From NCBI GenBank assembly GCA_030537135.1, contig JAUNOP010000002.1, positions 10,507 through 74,506 of the forward strand: a stretch of DNA of 64,000 nt, in the 5' to 3' direction. The DNA comes from Eubacteriales bacterium (lineage in GTDB: Bacteria; Bacillota; Clostridia; Lachnospirales; Lachnospiraceae). The position numbers and the translations under genes are program-made. Of the stretch, positions 9,508-18,201 are shown in pieces. Position 1 is the stretch's first letter. Each line of letters begins with the position of its first letter. The notes under the pieces were generated by a model, which was not told where the DNA came from, made no database searches, and was given only the letters and a program-made list of their open reading frames with translations.

Positions 9508-11202
9508 ATGTTACTTCAGCTTCATGTGAAGAATCTTGCACTGATTGAGGAAATCGAGGTGGAATTTCATCCGGGACTCAATATCCTTACAGGAGAGACC
9601 GGCGCCGGAAAATCCATACTTCTGGGATCTATTCAGATGATACTGGGAGGAAAAATGACCAGAGACATGGTCAGGGAGAACGCATCCTATGCTCTTGTGG
9701 AGCTTTTGTTTCAGGTGGAAAATAAGAGAGCAGAGGAGGCTCTTGGCGCTCTGGGAATCGAAATGGAGGAAGGACAGGTGCTTCTCAGCAGAAAGCTCAC
9801 AGGCGGAAGAAGCGTGTGCAGAATAAACGGAGAGACATGCACCATTGGTCAGATGAAGGAGGCGGCAGGCCATCTTCTCGATATTCACGGACAGCATGAG
9901 CATCAGTCTCTTCTGTATCCGGACAGGCAGCTTGCCATCCTGGACGCCTATGGAAAAGAGAGAATAGACGCACTCAAGGCAAGGGTATGCAAAAGCTATG
10001 AAGCCTATCGCCTGTGCAGCGAGCGCCTAAAGGCCATGGACATGGACGAGGAACACCGAAGAAGAGAAATTGCGTTTCTGGAATTTGAGATTGGAGAAAT
10101 CGAGGAGGCTGCTCTTCGTGACGGAGAGGATGGGGAACTGGAGGCTCTGTACCGGAAGCTGAGCAATGGAAAGCAGATTACAGAGTCCCTGGCAGAGGTA
10201 AAGCGCTTTACAGGCTATGACTCCATGCAGGGAGCTGGAGAGGTTGTGGGGCAGGCGCTTCGGGAGCTTTCCAGGGTTGTACCGTATGACAGAGATATGA
10301 GAGAGCTGGAGGAAGCGCTCACAGATATTGACAGCCTGCTCAATGACTTTAATCGTGAGCTTTCGGATTATATGGATACTCTTGTCTTTGATGAAGAGAC
10401 CTTTTATGAGACAGAAAAGAGGCTGGATCTTATCAACAGCCTGAAAGCAAAGTACGGACAGAGCATTTCCGAAATTCTTAGTTATCAGACCAGACAGCAG
10501 AAAAAACTGGAAAATCTTGTAAAATTTGAAGAAAATCTGGAAAAGGCAAAGCAGGAGCTTTTAAAAGCAGAGAGGATTCTGGAAAAAAACTCGCATGAAT
10601 TGTCAGAGGTTCGGAAAGAATACAGTAGACACCTGGAACAAAAGATGATAGAAGGTCTTCGGGATTTGAATTTTCTGGATGTGCGTTTTCAGGTGGAATT
10701 CCAGAGAAAAAAGCGCTACACAGAAAATGGCTTTGACGAGCTTCAATATATGATTTCCACGAATCCAGGAGAACCCTTAAGACCTTTAAAAGCAGTGGCG
10801 TCAGGAGGAGAGCTTTCTCGAATCATGTTGGCTGTCAAGGCGATTCTGGCAGATAAGGACGAAATTGAAACGCTGATATTTGATGAAATTGACACAGGAA
10901 TCAGCGGACGCACTGCCCAGAAGGTGTCTGAGAAAATGGCGCTTATCGGGGCGCACCGTCAGGTGCTGTGTATCACCCATCTTCCCCAGATTGCGGCAAT
11001 GGCAGACACGCATTTTGAAATCAGGAAATCAGTGGAAGACAAGGAAACAATGACCAGAATTTATCCTCTGGATAAGGAAGCGTCTATTCGAGAGCTTGGA
11101 AGGCTTCTCGGAGGCGCGCAGATTACCAGGGCAGTGGAAGAAAACGCCAGAGAAATGAAGGAATTGGCACTCCAGTATAAAAATGCAAGACTGAAATCCT
11201 GA
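9508..11202 (+). CDS. recN: DNA repair protein RecN
   Basis: 564 aa. Walker A GETGAGKS, long coiled coil, signature ASGGELSRIMLA and Walker B LIFDEIDTGISG. Confidence 0.95.
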   Translation: MLLQLHVKNLALIEEIEVEFHPGLNILTGETGAGKSILLGSIQMILGGKMTRDMVRENASYALVELLFQVENKRAEEALGALGIEMEEGQVLLSRKLTGGRSVCRINGETCTIGQMKEAAGHLLDIHGQHEHQSLLYPDRQLAILDAYGKERIDALKARVCKSYEAYRLCSERLKAMDMDEEHRRREIAFLEFEIGEIEEAALRDGEDGELEALYRKLSNGKQITESLAEVKRFTGYDSMQGAGEVVGQALRELSRVVPYDRDMRELEEALTDIDSLLNDFNRELSDYMDTLVFDEETFYETEKRLDLINSLKAKYGQSISEILSYQTRQQKKLENLVKFEENLEKAKQELLKAERILEKNSHELSEVRKEYSRHLEQKMIEGLRDLNFLDVRFQVEFQRKKRYTENGFDELQYMISTNPGEPLRPLKAVASGGELSRIMLAVKAILADKDEIETLIFDEIDTGISGRTAQKVSEKMALIGAHRQVLCITHLPQIAAMADTHFEIRKSVEDKETMTRIYPLDKEASIRELGRLLGGAQITRAVEENAREMKELALQYKNARLKS

Positions 11203-11297
11203 GATTTCTGCATACTAAGAGAGAATGAACCGGAAGGACATTCTCTCTTTTTAACGTATAAAGGAAGTTTTACTAGATTTTACAAGGAGGTTCTGTC

Positions 11298-12497
11298 ATG
11301 GCCAAGAGAAAATACCGTCTGCTGGTACTCCTTCTTCTCGCAGCAGACATGATGATAATTTGCTATCTTGGATACCGTTATCTGGATCGTAAGGTACCAG
11401 ATAGGATTCTGGTGTCAGAGGAGGAGGGAAACACTCTGGTAGAGGCCCTGGAAAATCCCTGGATTCATGTGGAAGAGGCAATAGAGGTCTCAGGAAACGG
11501 AGGCTATCATCTGGAAACAACGATTCTGGGAGTGATTCCTTTTAAGGAGATTCAGGTGGAGAGCCAGCACAGGCCCACTGTGCTGGTGAGCGGAGAGCCT
11601 GTGGGAATTTATATGGAGACAGAGGGCGTGCTGATTGTGGATACAGGGGAAATTCTGTCAAGGGAAGGAATTTCCCAATATCCGGCGGAAAATATTGTTC
11701 AGCCAGGGGACTATATCGTGGCATTTAATGAACAAAATGTCAGCACAAAAAAGCAGCTTGTGGAGGATATCAGCGAGTGCAGCGGAGAGCCTGTATGTCT
11801 GACTGTAAAGCGTCAGGGAGAGATCTTTCCGATTTCTGTAAGTCCAGTGCTGGATCAGAATGGAGAGTATAAGCTGGGTATCTGGGTAAGGGACAATACA
11901 CAGGGAATCGGAACGCTCACCTATGTGGACAGTCAGGGACATTACGGAGCACTTGGCCATGGAATCAGCGATGTAGACACGGGCGAGCTTCTGGAAATAC
12001 GGACTGGAAATCTGTATGAGGCACAGATCCTGAGTATCCGAAAGGGGAGCAAGGGAAATCCGGGCGAGCTTGCAGGGCTGATTCGCTATGAGGAGGCAAA
12101 GAGAATCGGAAGCATCCTCTCAAACACTGGAAATGGAATTTATGGAACGATTCGTCAGGCAGAGGAGGCTGGGCTTCATCTGCAGAGCTATCCTGTGGGG
12201 TATAAGCAGGAAATGGAGCTTGGAGAGGCCACGATTTTATGCAGAGCAGAGGATGAGGTAAAGGAATACCGAGCCGAGATTACACAGATTGACATGAATC
12301 ATGAGGATACCAATAAAAGCTTTGTGATTCAGGTGACAGACCCGGAGCTTCTTGCCGCCACAGGAGGTATTGTCCAGGGAATGAGCGGCAGCCCGATTTT
12401 GCAGAATGGAAGGATTGTGGGGGCGGTGACGCATGTGTTTGTCAATGACCCGACGAGGGGGTATGGGATATTTATTGAAAATATGCTGGAGCATTGA
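11298..12497 (+). CDS. spoIVB: SpoIVB peptidase (S55) signalling protease
   Basis: 399 aa. N-terminal TM segment, PDZ-like middle, and protease core GIGTLTYVD...GALGHGI...QGMSGSPI. Strong RBS AAGGAGG. Confidence 0.9.
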   Translation: MAKRKYRLLVLLLLAADMMIICYLGYRYLDRKVPDRILVSEEEGNTLVEALENPWIHVEEAIEVSGNGGYHLETTILGVIPFKEIQVESQHRPTVLVSGEPVGIYMETEGVLIVDTGEILSREGISQYPAENIVQPGDYIVAFNEQNVSTKKQLVEDISECSGEPVCLTVKRQGEIFPISVSPVLDQNGEYKLGIWVRDNTQGIGTLTYVDSQGHYGALGHGISDVDTGELLEIRTGNLYEAQILSIRKGSKGNPGELAGLIRYEEAKRIGSILSNTGNGIYGTIRQAEEAGLHLQSYPVGYKQEMELGEATILCRAEDEVKEYRAEITQIDMNHEDTNKSFVIQVTDPELLAATGGIVQGMSGSPILQNGRIVGAVTHVFVNDPTRGYGIFIENMLEH

Positions 12498-12511
12498 ATC
12501 CGGGCAGGACA

Positions 12512-12542
12512 GGCCATCGGCTAAGCCGGTGGTCTTGATTTT
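12512..12542 (+). terminator. intrinsic terminator after spoIVB
   Basis: Hairpin GGCCATCGGC-taa-GCCGGTGGTC (one G-U pair) followed by TTGATTTT. Confidence 0.55.
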
Positions 12543-12652
12543 GCAGATTTAGACAGTGAAATTTTAGTATGTGACCTGAAAAAATATGCTATACTTAAAT
12601 TAGTATAAATTGGTTTTGAAATGTGAATTATTTTAGAGAAGGGGGATTTAGA

Positions 12653-13208
12653 ATGAGAGGTATTATAAATTCAATTCTAGTAATTGCAATGATAGTAATA
12701 ATAGGTGAAAATATTTCTGTTTACGCTGCTAACGACACATCTCTTTTACAAGAAAATTATTTATGAAAAGACGGCGGACGCAGACTGCGCTCTGGTTTCT
12801 ATAAACGATTACAGCCCTGAGAACGGATACCGGTTCAACCGCGAGGGCATCGGCTGGCACATCTGGGCCGGCGACATCAACAGCGATGCTGTCGATATCA
12901 TCCGCAGCAATGGAACGACGCTGACGGTTCAGAAACTGACCGGAGCTAAGATCAAGGATATGCTGGCGGAGGGCTATCATGTGGAGAACGGCGGAAGTGA
13001 TTACGGTCAGCATTCCTATTTGCTGGTAACTAGGGGCGGCATCGAACTTCAGGATGACCAGACCTATCGTCTGGCTATGAATACCCGGGATCTGCCAAAG
13101 GAGGTACGAGAGAGTCTTCCGATGCTTGAGATCACACCGCATGATGCGATCAAGGATTATATCCAGGAGCTTGGCACTTTTGCACAGGAGGATGTCGTGT
13201 GGGAATAA
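12653..13208 (+). pseudogene. frameshifted or fused remnant of a secreted protein (C-terminal part resembles a 5'-nucleotidase/metallophosphatase C-terminal domain)
   Basis: ATG at 12653 behind GAAGGGGG encodes a signal peptide (MRGIINSILVIAMIVIIGENISVYAANDTS...) that hits TGA at 12764-12766. The 167-aa ORF 12705-13208 continues in another frame (..TLTVQKLTGAKIKDMLAEG...YRLAMNTRDLP...DAIKDYIQ). There is an abrupt AT-rich to GC-rich switch near 12780. Confidence 0.4.
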
Positions 13209-13445
13209 ACGGGGGAGGGTGGAGCCTGCATGGCACTCCCACCCTCTGGAGCAGGCAAATTCTTCGCGCAGGAAGCACTTGCGGCAGGCGCGTTATTTTC
13301 CTGAACAGCTGCGGCATTACTACATAGAAGTGGGACAGTATATGGAACGGAACCTATAAAGGCATTGATGATCGGCTTATGTGGGAAGAAGAAATCTGAG
13401 AGGATCCTATCCACCTGTATGCACTGAATTCAAAATAGGAAGGCA

Positions 13446-13607
13446 TCAAAAATCATGTTGATATGGTTTTGGGTGCCTTTTTTGCGTTGTACAGGATAAA
13501 ATCCATCTATACAGCGTGTCCACATTGACGTCCTGCTCTTTTGCCGCTTTGCGAAATCCGCTCTCCCTTCTAAGCTTTACTGCCTGAAGTCTGAAAAAAT
13601 ACTGCGT
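13446..13607 (-). mobile_element. remnant of an IS3-family transposase OrfA helix-turn-helix
   Basis: The minus-strand frame, open between stops, reads YFFRLQAVKLRRESGFRKAAKEQDVNVDTLYRWILS... This matches the F-K-x-x-A-V-x-L...(HTH)...TLYRW pattern of IS3/IS911 OrfA. It has no start codon and is truncated at both ends. Confidence 0.4.
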
Positions 13608-13651
13608 TTATGCGGCTTAATGGGTCCTATTTAATTACAGCTGTCTACAGC

Positions 13652-13671
13652 TGTCGAAGACCCGTGTCGAA
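13652..13671 (+). promoter_or_regulatory. two perfect Spo0A-box heptamers (TGTCGAA) in direct repeat
   Basis: TGTCGAA occurs at 13652-13658 and 13665-13671, 13 bp start to start. They lie inside ACAGCTGTCtACAGCTGTCGAAgacccgTGTCGAAttttttt. Confidence 0.4.
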
Positions 13672-13823
13672 TTTTTTTATAAAATTCACAAAAAAGGATT
13701 TGTATTTTTAATTTTCCGTGATAAAATGAGATAAAATGATAAAGGCATCAGGAAAAGGCATAATTAAGAAAAACTTGGAATATAGAAATAAAGAAAACTG
13801 AAGGGGTAATTATAAGAAGATGT

Positions 13824-14162
13824 GTGAAGACTTTCCTGGCGTTTCTGGCTGTTAGTGTGTATGCGGATGAAGTGGAGAAATCCTAAAAGCCTGAGATTGC
13901 AGCAGACTATCATATGATTGTGGAATCGCCGGAGAGCGGAATTAACATATACTTCGGAACCAACGGATGCAGAGAGCAACGAGCTTCTCATAGTTAATGG
14001 AAGCAGTCTTACCCTTACTTCATCTGTAACATCAACAGCGAAGAAACTTCTGCCAGTCAGGTGACCAGCTCTTCCTTTATTTTGAAGGATCCATTTTTCT
14101 GGATTATTCTCGTAGTTATTATTACAGTGATCGTATTTCTGATTTATAGAAAATCCCCTTAA
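13824..14162 (+). pseudogene. decayed small secreted/membrane-anchored protein gene
   Basis: GTG at 13824 gives the signal peptide MKTFLAFLAVSVYA followed by an early stop. Later frames carry fragments (..NELLIVNGSSLTLTSSVTSTAKK..) and a C-terminal TM anchor (KDPFFWIILVVIITVIVFLIYRKSP-stop at 14160-14162). At least two frame breaks. Confidence 0.3.
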
Positions 14163-14220
14163 ACTGATATTTCCTCCATCATACCCAAAAGAAGATTGTT
14201 TGGCAAGGAAAAACGCCGGA

Positions 14221-14284
14221 AATACCTAAACGACCAAAATAATACCTAAACAACATCCCACAGCAGAAAAAAGTATGTTATAAT
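14221..14284 (+). promoter_or_regulatory. extended -10 promoter (TGTTATAAT) preceded by two phased AATACCTAAAC repeats; likely promoter of the envelope operon
   Basis: AATACCTAAAC lies at 14221-14231 and 14241-14251, exactly 20 bp apart. TGTTATAAT lies at 14276-14284. There is no good -35, consistent with activator dependence. Confidence 0.45.
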
Positions 14285-14416
14285 TTGATTATAAAATGGA
14301 AAGTGGGGTTGACGTTTATAATCAGCACAAGACAGAGCAAGCATTTGCCTTGCCTGCCTTGTGTTGGTTTTTGGGGCATACAAAAATATACGGAAAAAGG
14401 GTGCGCCTGGAAAGGG

Positions 14417-15214
14417 ATGAAAGATATTATGAAAGAAAAACGGATTATCTATTATTCCAGAACATACCGGAGAATCAAGGTCAACAAGATAAAATACATA
14501 CTCTATATCTGCCTTTTGATTTTGCCGGCGCTTCTGTTTTTGTGGTTTCATCTGGATGATCTGACCAGATGGATGTGCGAAGTGTCTGTACAGGTTTTAA
14601 AAAAATACTGTCCGGAGGTAAGAGCCGGGATTCGGACCGAGCGCTATGCACTGTTTGGAAATTTAAGCTACTTATCTGCCAGGACGGTGTATCCGGGCTT
14701 TCGTACAAGCGTACTGAATGCCGTGGCGTCATTTTTTGCGATTGCTGTGATTGTGAATCTTCCCTGGAAGGGACGGCCGGTTGCGATTTATCTGCTTTTA
14801 AATACGGGAATCCATCTCATAAACAGTTTGTGGTTTGTATTTGGCGAGCGGTACTTTCCCTATTCCCTTACGACCTATTCAGAGCTGTACATGCTGCAGG
14901 AAATCGGTATCTGGATTGTGTTTCTGGTGATGACCGGGCTGGTGACAGGAATGATTGGCGATCGGGGTTTTATATATAAATTCCTGGCAGTGGCGGCGGT
15001 TATGGCATACTCCATTCTTTTTGGGGTTTTGCGCTATATGGTATTTATGTATTTTATGTATCGTTATTCGATTATTTATATGGCGTTGTGCTACTTCACC
15101 TTTGGCCCCATGTTTGATTTTTTGTATCTTGTAATGATTTATGCGATATTTGTAAACCGGATGATTAAGATCTATGATTCTGGAAAAGGCAGGGAGGCAT
15201 GGAGATGGTCGTAA
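14417..15214 (+). CDS. multi-pass integral membrane protein of unknown function (first gene of the envelope operon)
   Basis: About 6 hydrophobic segments are visible (YILYICLLILPALLFLWF, ASFFAIAVIVNL, VAIYLLLNTGIHLI, IGIWIVFLVMTGLV, FLAVAAVMAYSILFGVL, FDFLYLVMIYAIF). The track ORF start at 14285 overlaps the promoter -10, so the start is probably the ATG at 14417 or 14429. The 3' end overlaps the GT2 gene. Confidence 0.6.
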   Translation: MKDIMKEKRIIYYSRTYRRIKVNKIKYILYICLLILPALLFLWFHLDDLTRWMCEVSVQVLKKYCPEVRAGIRTERYALFGNLSYLSARTVYPGFRTSVLNAVASFFAIAVIVNLPWKGRPVAIYLLLNTGIHLINSLWFVFGERYFPYSLTTYSELYMLQEIGIWIVFLVMTGLVTGMIGDRGFIYKFLAVAAVMAYSILFGVLRYMVFMYFMYRYSIIYMALCYFTFGPMFDFLYLVMIYAIFVNRMIKIYDSGKGREAWRWS

Positions 15215-16470
15215 AAATAATGAAGGGGTATATGATTTTTGTCATCATTGTAATGCTGCTGTATACGGCCCGACATTTTTTCTTTACCATTGTCCGGCTG
15301 GTTGGAAGACAGCGGCTTTACTATAATGACGTTGTGACAAGCAGAATGAAAAGTATTTCTGTACTGATTCCCATGCACAATGAGGAACAGGTATTAAATA
15401 ATGTGCTGAATTCTTTGCTGGAGTGTGATTATGACAGAGACAGGCTGGAAATTATTCCCATCAATGATAATTCCACAGACCAGACAAAGGCCATGCTGGA
15501 TGAATATCACCGGAAGTATGAATTTATCCGTCCTCTGCACAGGGACTGCCCGGACAGGGGCAAGCCCGTGGGATTAAATGACGCCATGCAGAGGGCAAGA
15601 GGGGAGATTATCATTGTTTTTGACGCGGATTATCGTCCTGCCAAAAACATGCTCAAGCAGATTGCCCTGGCCTTTGAGGATCCCCAGGTGGGAGCGGTTA
15701 TGGGAAGGGTAATTCCTTATAATACCAACAAAAATATACTTACCCGGCTGATTAATCTGGAGCGTTCCGGAGGGTATCAGATAGACCAGCAGGCACGGTA
15801 TAATCTGCGGGCAATCCCTCAGTACGGGGGAACCGTGGGCGGCTTTCGCAAGGATTTCCTTCTGGAAAGCGGCGGCTTTAACCCCAAGGTGCTGGCAGAG
15901 GATACGGAGCTTACCTATCGGCTTTTTACCAATGGCTGGAAGGTGGTTTATGCCAACTCCGCAGAGTGCTATGAGGAGTCGCCGGAGAGCTGGAATGTGC
16001 GAGGAAGGCAGATACGAAGATGGTCCAGGGGGCATAATCAGGTGCTGTTTCGATATCTGATCCCCACTATACTTACGCCCCATCTGACGTTGTTTCAGAA
16101 AATTGACGGCCTGTTTCTTTTGTTCATTTATTCTGTTCCGCTGATTTTGCTTCTTGGCTGGGCGAATTCCCTAGGGTTGTTTTTCCTGGGAGAAATGAAT
16201 ATCTTCAAAGGCTGGTGGGTGATTTTGTTCCTTGGAGTTTACAATTCTCTGGGAAATTTCGCACCATTTTTTGAGATAGGTACCTCGCTGGTAGTTGACG
16301 GGCTTTTGGGAGAGGCCATGCTTCTGCCGCTTATAATGTTTAACTTTTTCTTTTATATGTGGAACATTTCTCTTGGCTTTTTGGACGCAGTGGTGGATAT
16401 CATCACAGGACGCGGTGTGAAGTGGGATAAAACCGTCCGTTTTGCCAAGAAGAAAGGAGCGCCGCAATGA
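15205..16470 (+). CDS. processive family-2 glycosyltransferase (PgaC/IcaA/cellulose-synthase-like polymer synthase) with N- and C-terminal TM segments
   Basis: It carries the D, DxD, TED and QxxRW set: PINDNSTD, IIVFDADY, QYGGTVGGFRK, LAEDTELTYR, RGRQIRRWSRGH. One TM helix precedes and about 4 follow the catalytic domain. The ATG at 15205 is 7 nt after AGGGAGG (an alternative ATG is at 15199). Confidence 0.85.
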   Translation: MVVKIMKGYMIFVIIVMLLYTARHFFFTIVRLVGRQRLYYNDVVTSRMKSISVLIPMHNEEQVLNNVLNSLLECDYDRDRLEIIPINDNSTDQTKAMLDEYHRKYEFIRPLHRDCPDRGKPVGLNDAMQRARGEIIIVFDADYRPAKNMLKQIALAFEDPQVGAVMGRVIPYNTNKNILTRLINLERSGGYQIDQQARYNLRAIPQYGGTVGGFRKDFLLESGGFNPKVLAEDTELTYRLFTNGWKVVYANSAECYEESPESWNVRGRQIRRWSRGHNQVLFRYLIPTILTPHLTLFQKIDGLFLLFIYSVPLILLLGWANSLGLFFLGEMNIFKGWWVILFLGVYNSLGNFAPFFEIGTSLVVDGLLGEAMLLPLIMFNFFFYMWNISLGFLDAVVDIITGRGVKWDKTVRFAKKKGAPQ

Positions 16471-18188
16471 GTTCATTGGTTTTGTTATTTGTCTTCTTGC
16501 TCCTGGCGCCTCTTCTCATTGCAACGCTGTACTTTAAGACAAGAAAGGGAAATATTCTGGGAATCCGCCAGGATTATGTAAGAGATGTGCGTTACTTTGG
16601 CCACAGCTTTGCCGGGATGGTGGAAAAAGCGCTGCCAAATATGAAAAACGGAGAGCTTCAGTTATCCAGAAAGGAACAGGTGCTGGAGATTGGAAGCGAG
16701 CAGATATTTGAGGAGCCGGAGATTGAAAAGCTGGTCATTGTGAGAAACAGGGAGTTTTGTCCAAAAGGGGAAAAGCTTCATTTTCAGAAGGAGATTTACT
16801 GCGAAAAAGATGCGCACCTTATTGGAGAGGAGCTTTATCTTCGAGCTGCGTTCAGTAGGAAGCGGATACTTCTTGGCAATGGAACAGAGGTGGTGCGCTG
16901 GGTGGATGCAGACGGTGCGGTGGCAGTTTATGATCACTGCGACCTGGGAAGGAGTGTTTCCAGCGGTGAGCAGCTGGTGATTGGATTTGACAATATCTTT
17001 CATAGCCTTTTTGCCCCACAGATAAGGCTGGGTGTGCGGCCGGAGGATCCGGACGAATTTATGAAGGGACGTGATCCGAAAATTTTCCGCCTTCCAGTCA
17101 TAACGGATTCAGAGTTCAATGCCCATTATATCAGTGATGATATGATTTCCGAGGAGGGGCTTGTACCCTATACCATCATCACCAGGTTGGGTCTTAAGAT
17201 TGTAGACGGAATCATTCTCCAGGGAGATATCCACAGTGACCACTTTGTCCGTGTGATGGAAGGCGGGACGGTTCTTGGAAATATTTTCGCGGAGAAGGAT
17301 ATTCTTCTGGAGAAAAATACGACGGTTCTTGGAAATGTATTTACGCAGGGGGATATCTTTTTTGAGGAAGGCGCCTGCGTAGGGCAGCCTGGAAAAATCA
17401 GTTCTGTGATTGCCAGAGGAAATATTCAGTTTACCGGTAAGAATTATGTGTATGGTTATATCTCGTCAGAAGCAGGAGGCAGGATACTTCCGCAGATGGA
17501 TATTCAGATGGATGATGATGGAAATGAAATCCCGCCAATTTACTGCTTTCCGGGAAAGATGAAATATCAGGAGGAAATTCGCTTCCGGGATTTGATAGAA
17601 TATGGGAATGTGGACGCCCAGGGCTTCCGGCTGGATATGAATATCAAGCGGGCAGAGATTCCTTTCGGCGCCAGGGAAATACCGGAAAGCCAGTTCTTTG
17701 GCTGCGGCGGCATGGAGGAAATCTCGCTTCCTGTTACGCTTACCTCTGTAGAGGCTTATGCCTTTGCAGATTGTTTAAAAATGCGGTGTAAGGAGGATTT
17801 GGGAAGAATACCCCTGCGCTTTGTGGGAATTTCTGCCTTTGAAAATTGCGAAAATCTGGAATGCTCTGGTTTGCCAGATACATTGGAAAGCATTGAGGGC
17901 GCCGCCTTTGCCGGCTGCAGTTCTTTGAAAACGCTTGTCTTTTCGGATGGGGCTGCCCTGAAAAAAGTGGGGGATCACGCATTCCGAAGCTGTACGGGGC
18001 TTACAAAGGTTTCCCTGCCGGATAGGACGGAATATGTGGGCGTCAGCGCCTTTTTGGGTTGTACCTCATTAAAAGAAATCTCTCTGCCGGAAACAGTGAA
18101 GAAGGAGCCGGGGGTAAAGGAGCTTGCCAAGAATTGCCCTGGAATCCATATTACCTTCCGTGAAGTTCCGGCTGAAGAGGAAAGCTAG
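16467..18188 (+). CDS. membrane-anchored protein with bactofilin-like beta-helix repeats and C-terminal BspA-type leucine-rich repeats
   Basis: N-terminal TM (SLVLLFVFLLLAPLLIATLYF). Middle repeats GDIHSDHFVRVMEGGTVLGNIFAEKDILLEKNTTVLGNVFTQGDIFFEEGACVG. C-terminal LRRs (AFADC..., ISAFENCENL, IEGAAFAGCSSLKTL, VGDHAFRSCTGLTKVSLP, VSAFLGCTSLKEISLP). ATGA overlap with the GT2 stop. Confidence 0.7.
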   Translation: MSSLVLLFVFLLLAPLLIATLYFKTRKGNILGIRQDYVRDVRYFGHSFAGMVEKALPNMKNGELQLSRKEQVLEIGSEQIFEEPEIEKLVIVRNREFCPKGEKLHFQKEIYCEKDAHLIGEELYLRAAFSRKRILLGNGTEVVRWVDADGAVAVYDHCDLGRSVSSGEQLVIGFDNIFHSLFAPQIRLGVRPEDPDEFMKGRDPKIFRLPVITDSEFNAHYISDDMISEEGLVPYTIITRLGLKIVDGIILQGDIHSDHFVRVMEGGTVLGNIFAEKDILLEKNTTVLGNVFTQGDIFFEEGACVGQPGKISSVIARGNIQFTGKNYVYGYISSEAGGRILPQMDIQMDDDGNEIPPIYCFPGKMKYQEEIRFRDLIEYGNVDAQGFRLDMNIKRAEIPFGAREIPESQFFGCGGMEEISLPVTLTSVEAYAFADCLKMRCKEDLGRIPLRFVGISAFENCENLECSGLPDTLESIEGAAFAGCSSLKTLVFSDGAALKKVGDHAFRSCTGLTKVSLPDRTEYVGVSAFLGCTSLKEISLPETVKKEPGVKELAKNCPGIHITFREVPAEEES

Positions 18189-18201
18189 AAGGAGGGAAGA
18201 A

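Noticed and set aside
12705-13208. The 167-aa track ORF as an intact gene
   Set aside because: Its N-terminal 20 codons overlap, out of frame, a much better signal-peptide ORF with a strong RBS. The homologous-looking part starts only after the composition switch. It is treated as a frameshifted remnant.
13720-13739. Tandem GATAAAATGA x2, considered as a CRISPR or VNTR seed
   Set aside because: There are only two 10-bp units with no spacers, and no cas genes are in the window.
14285-14416. N-terminal 44 residues of the track ORF 14285-15214
   Set aside because: The ORF start abuts the -10 element of the best promoter, and this segment contains the leader hairpin and U-tract. The likely start is the ATG at 14417 or 14429.
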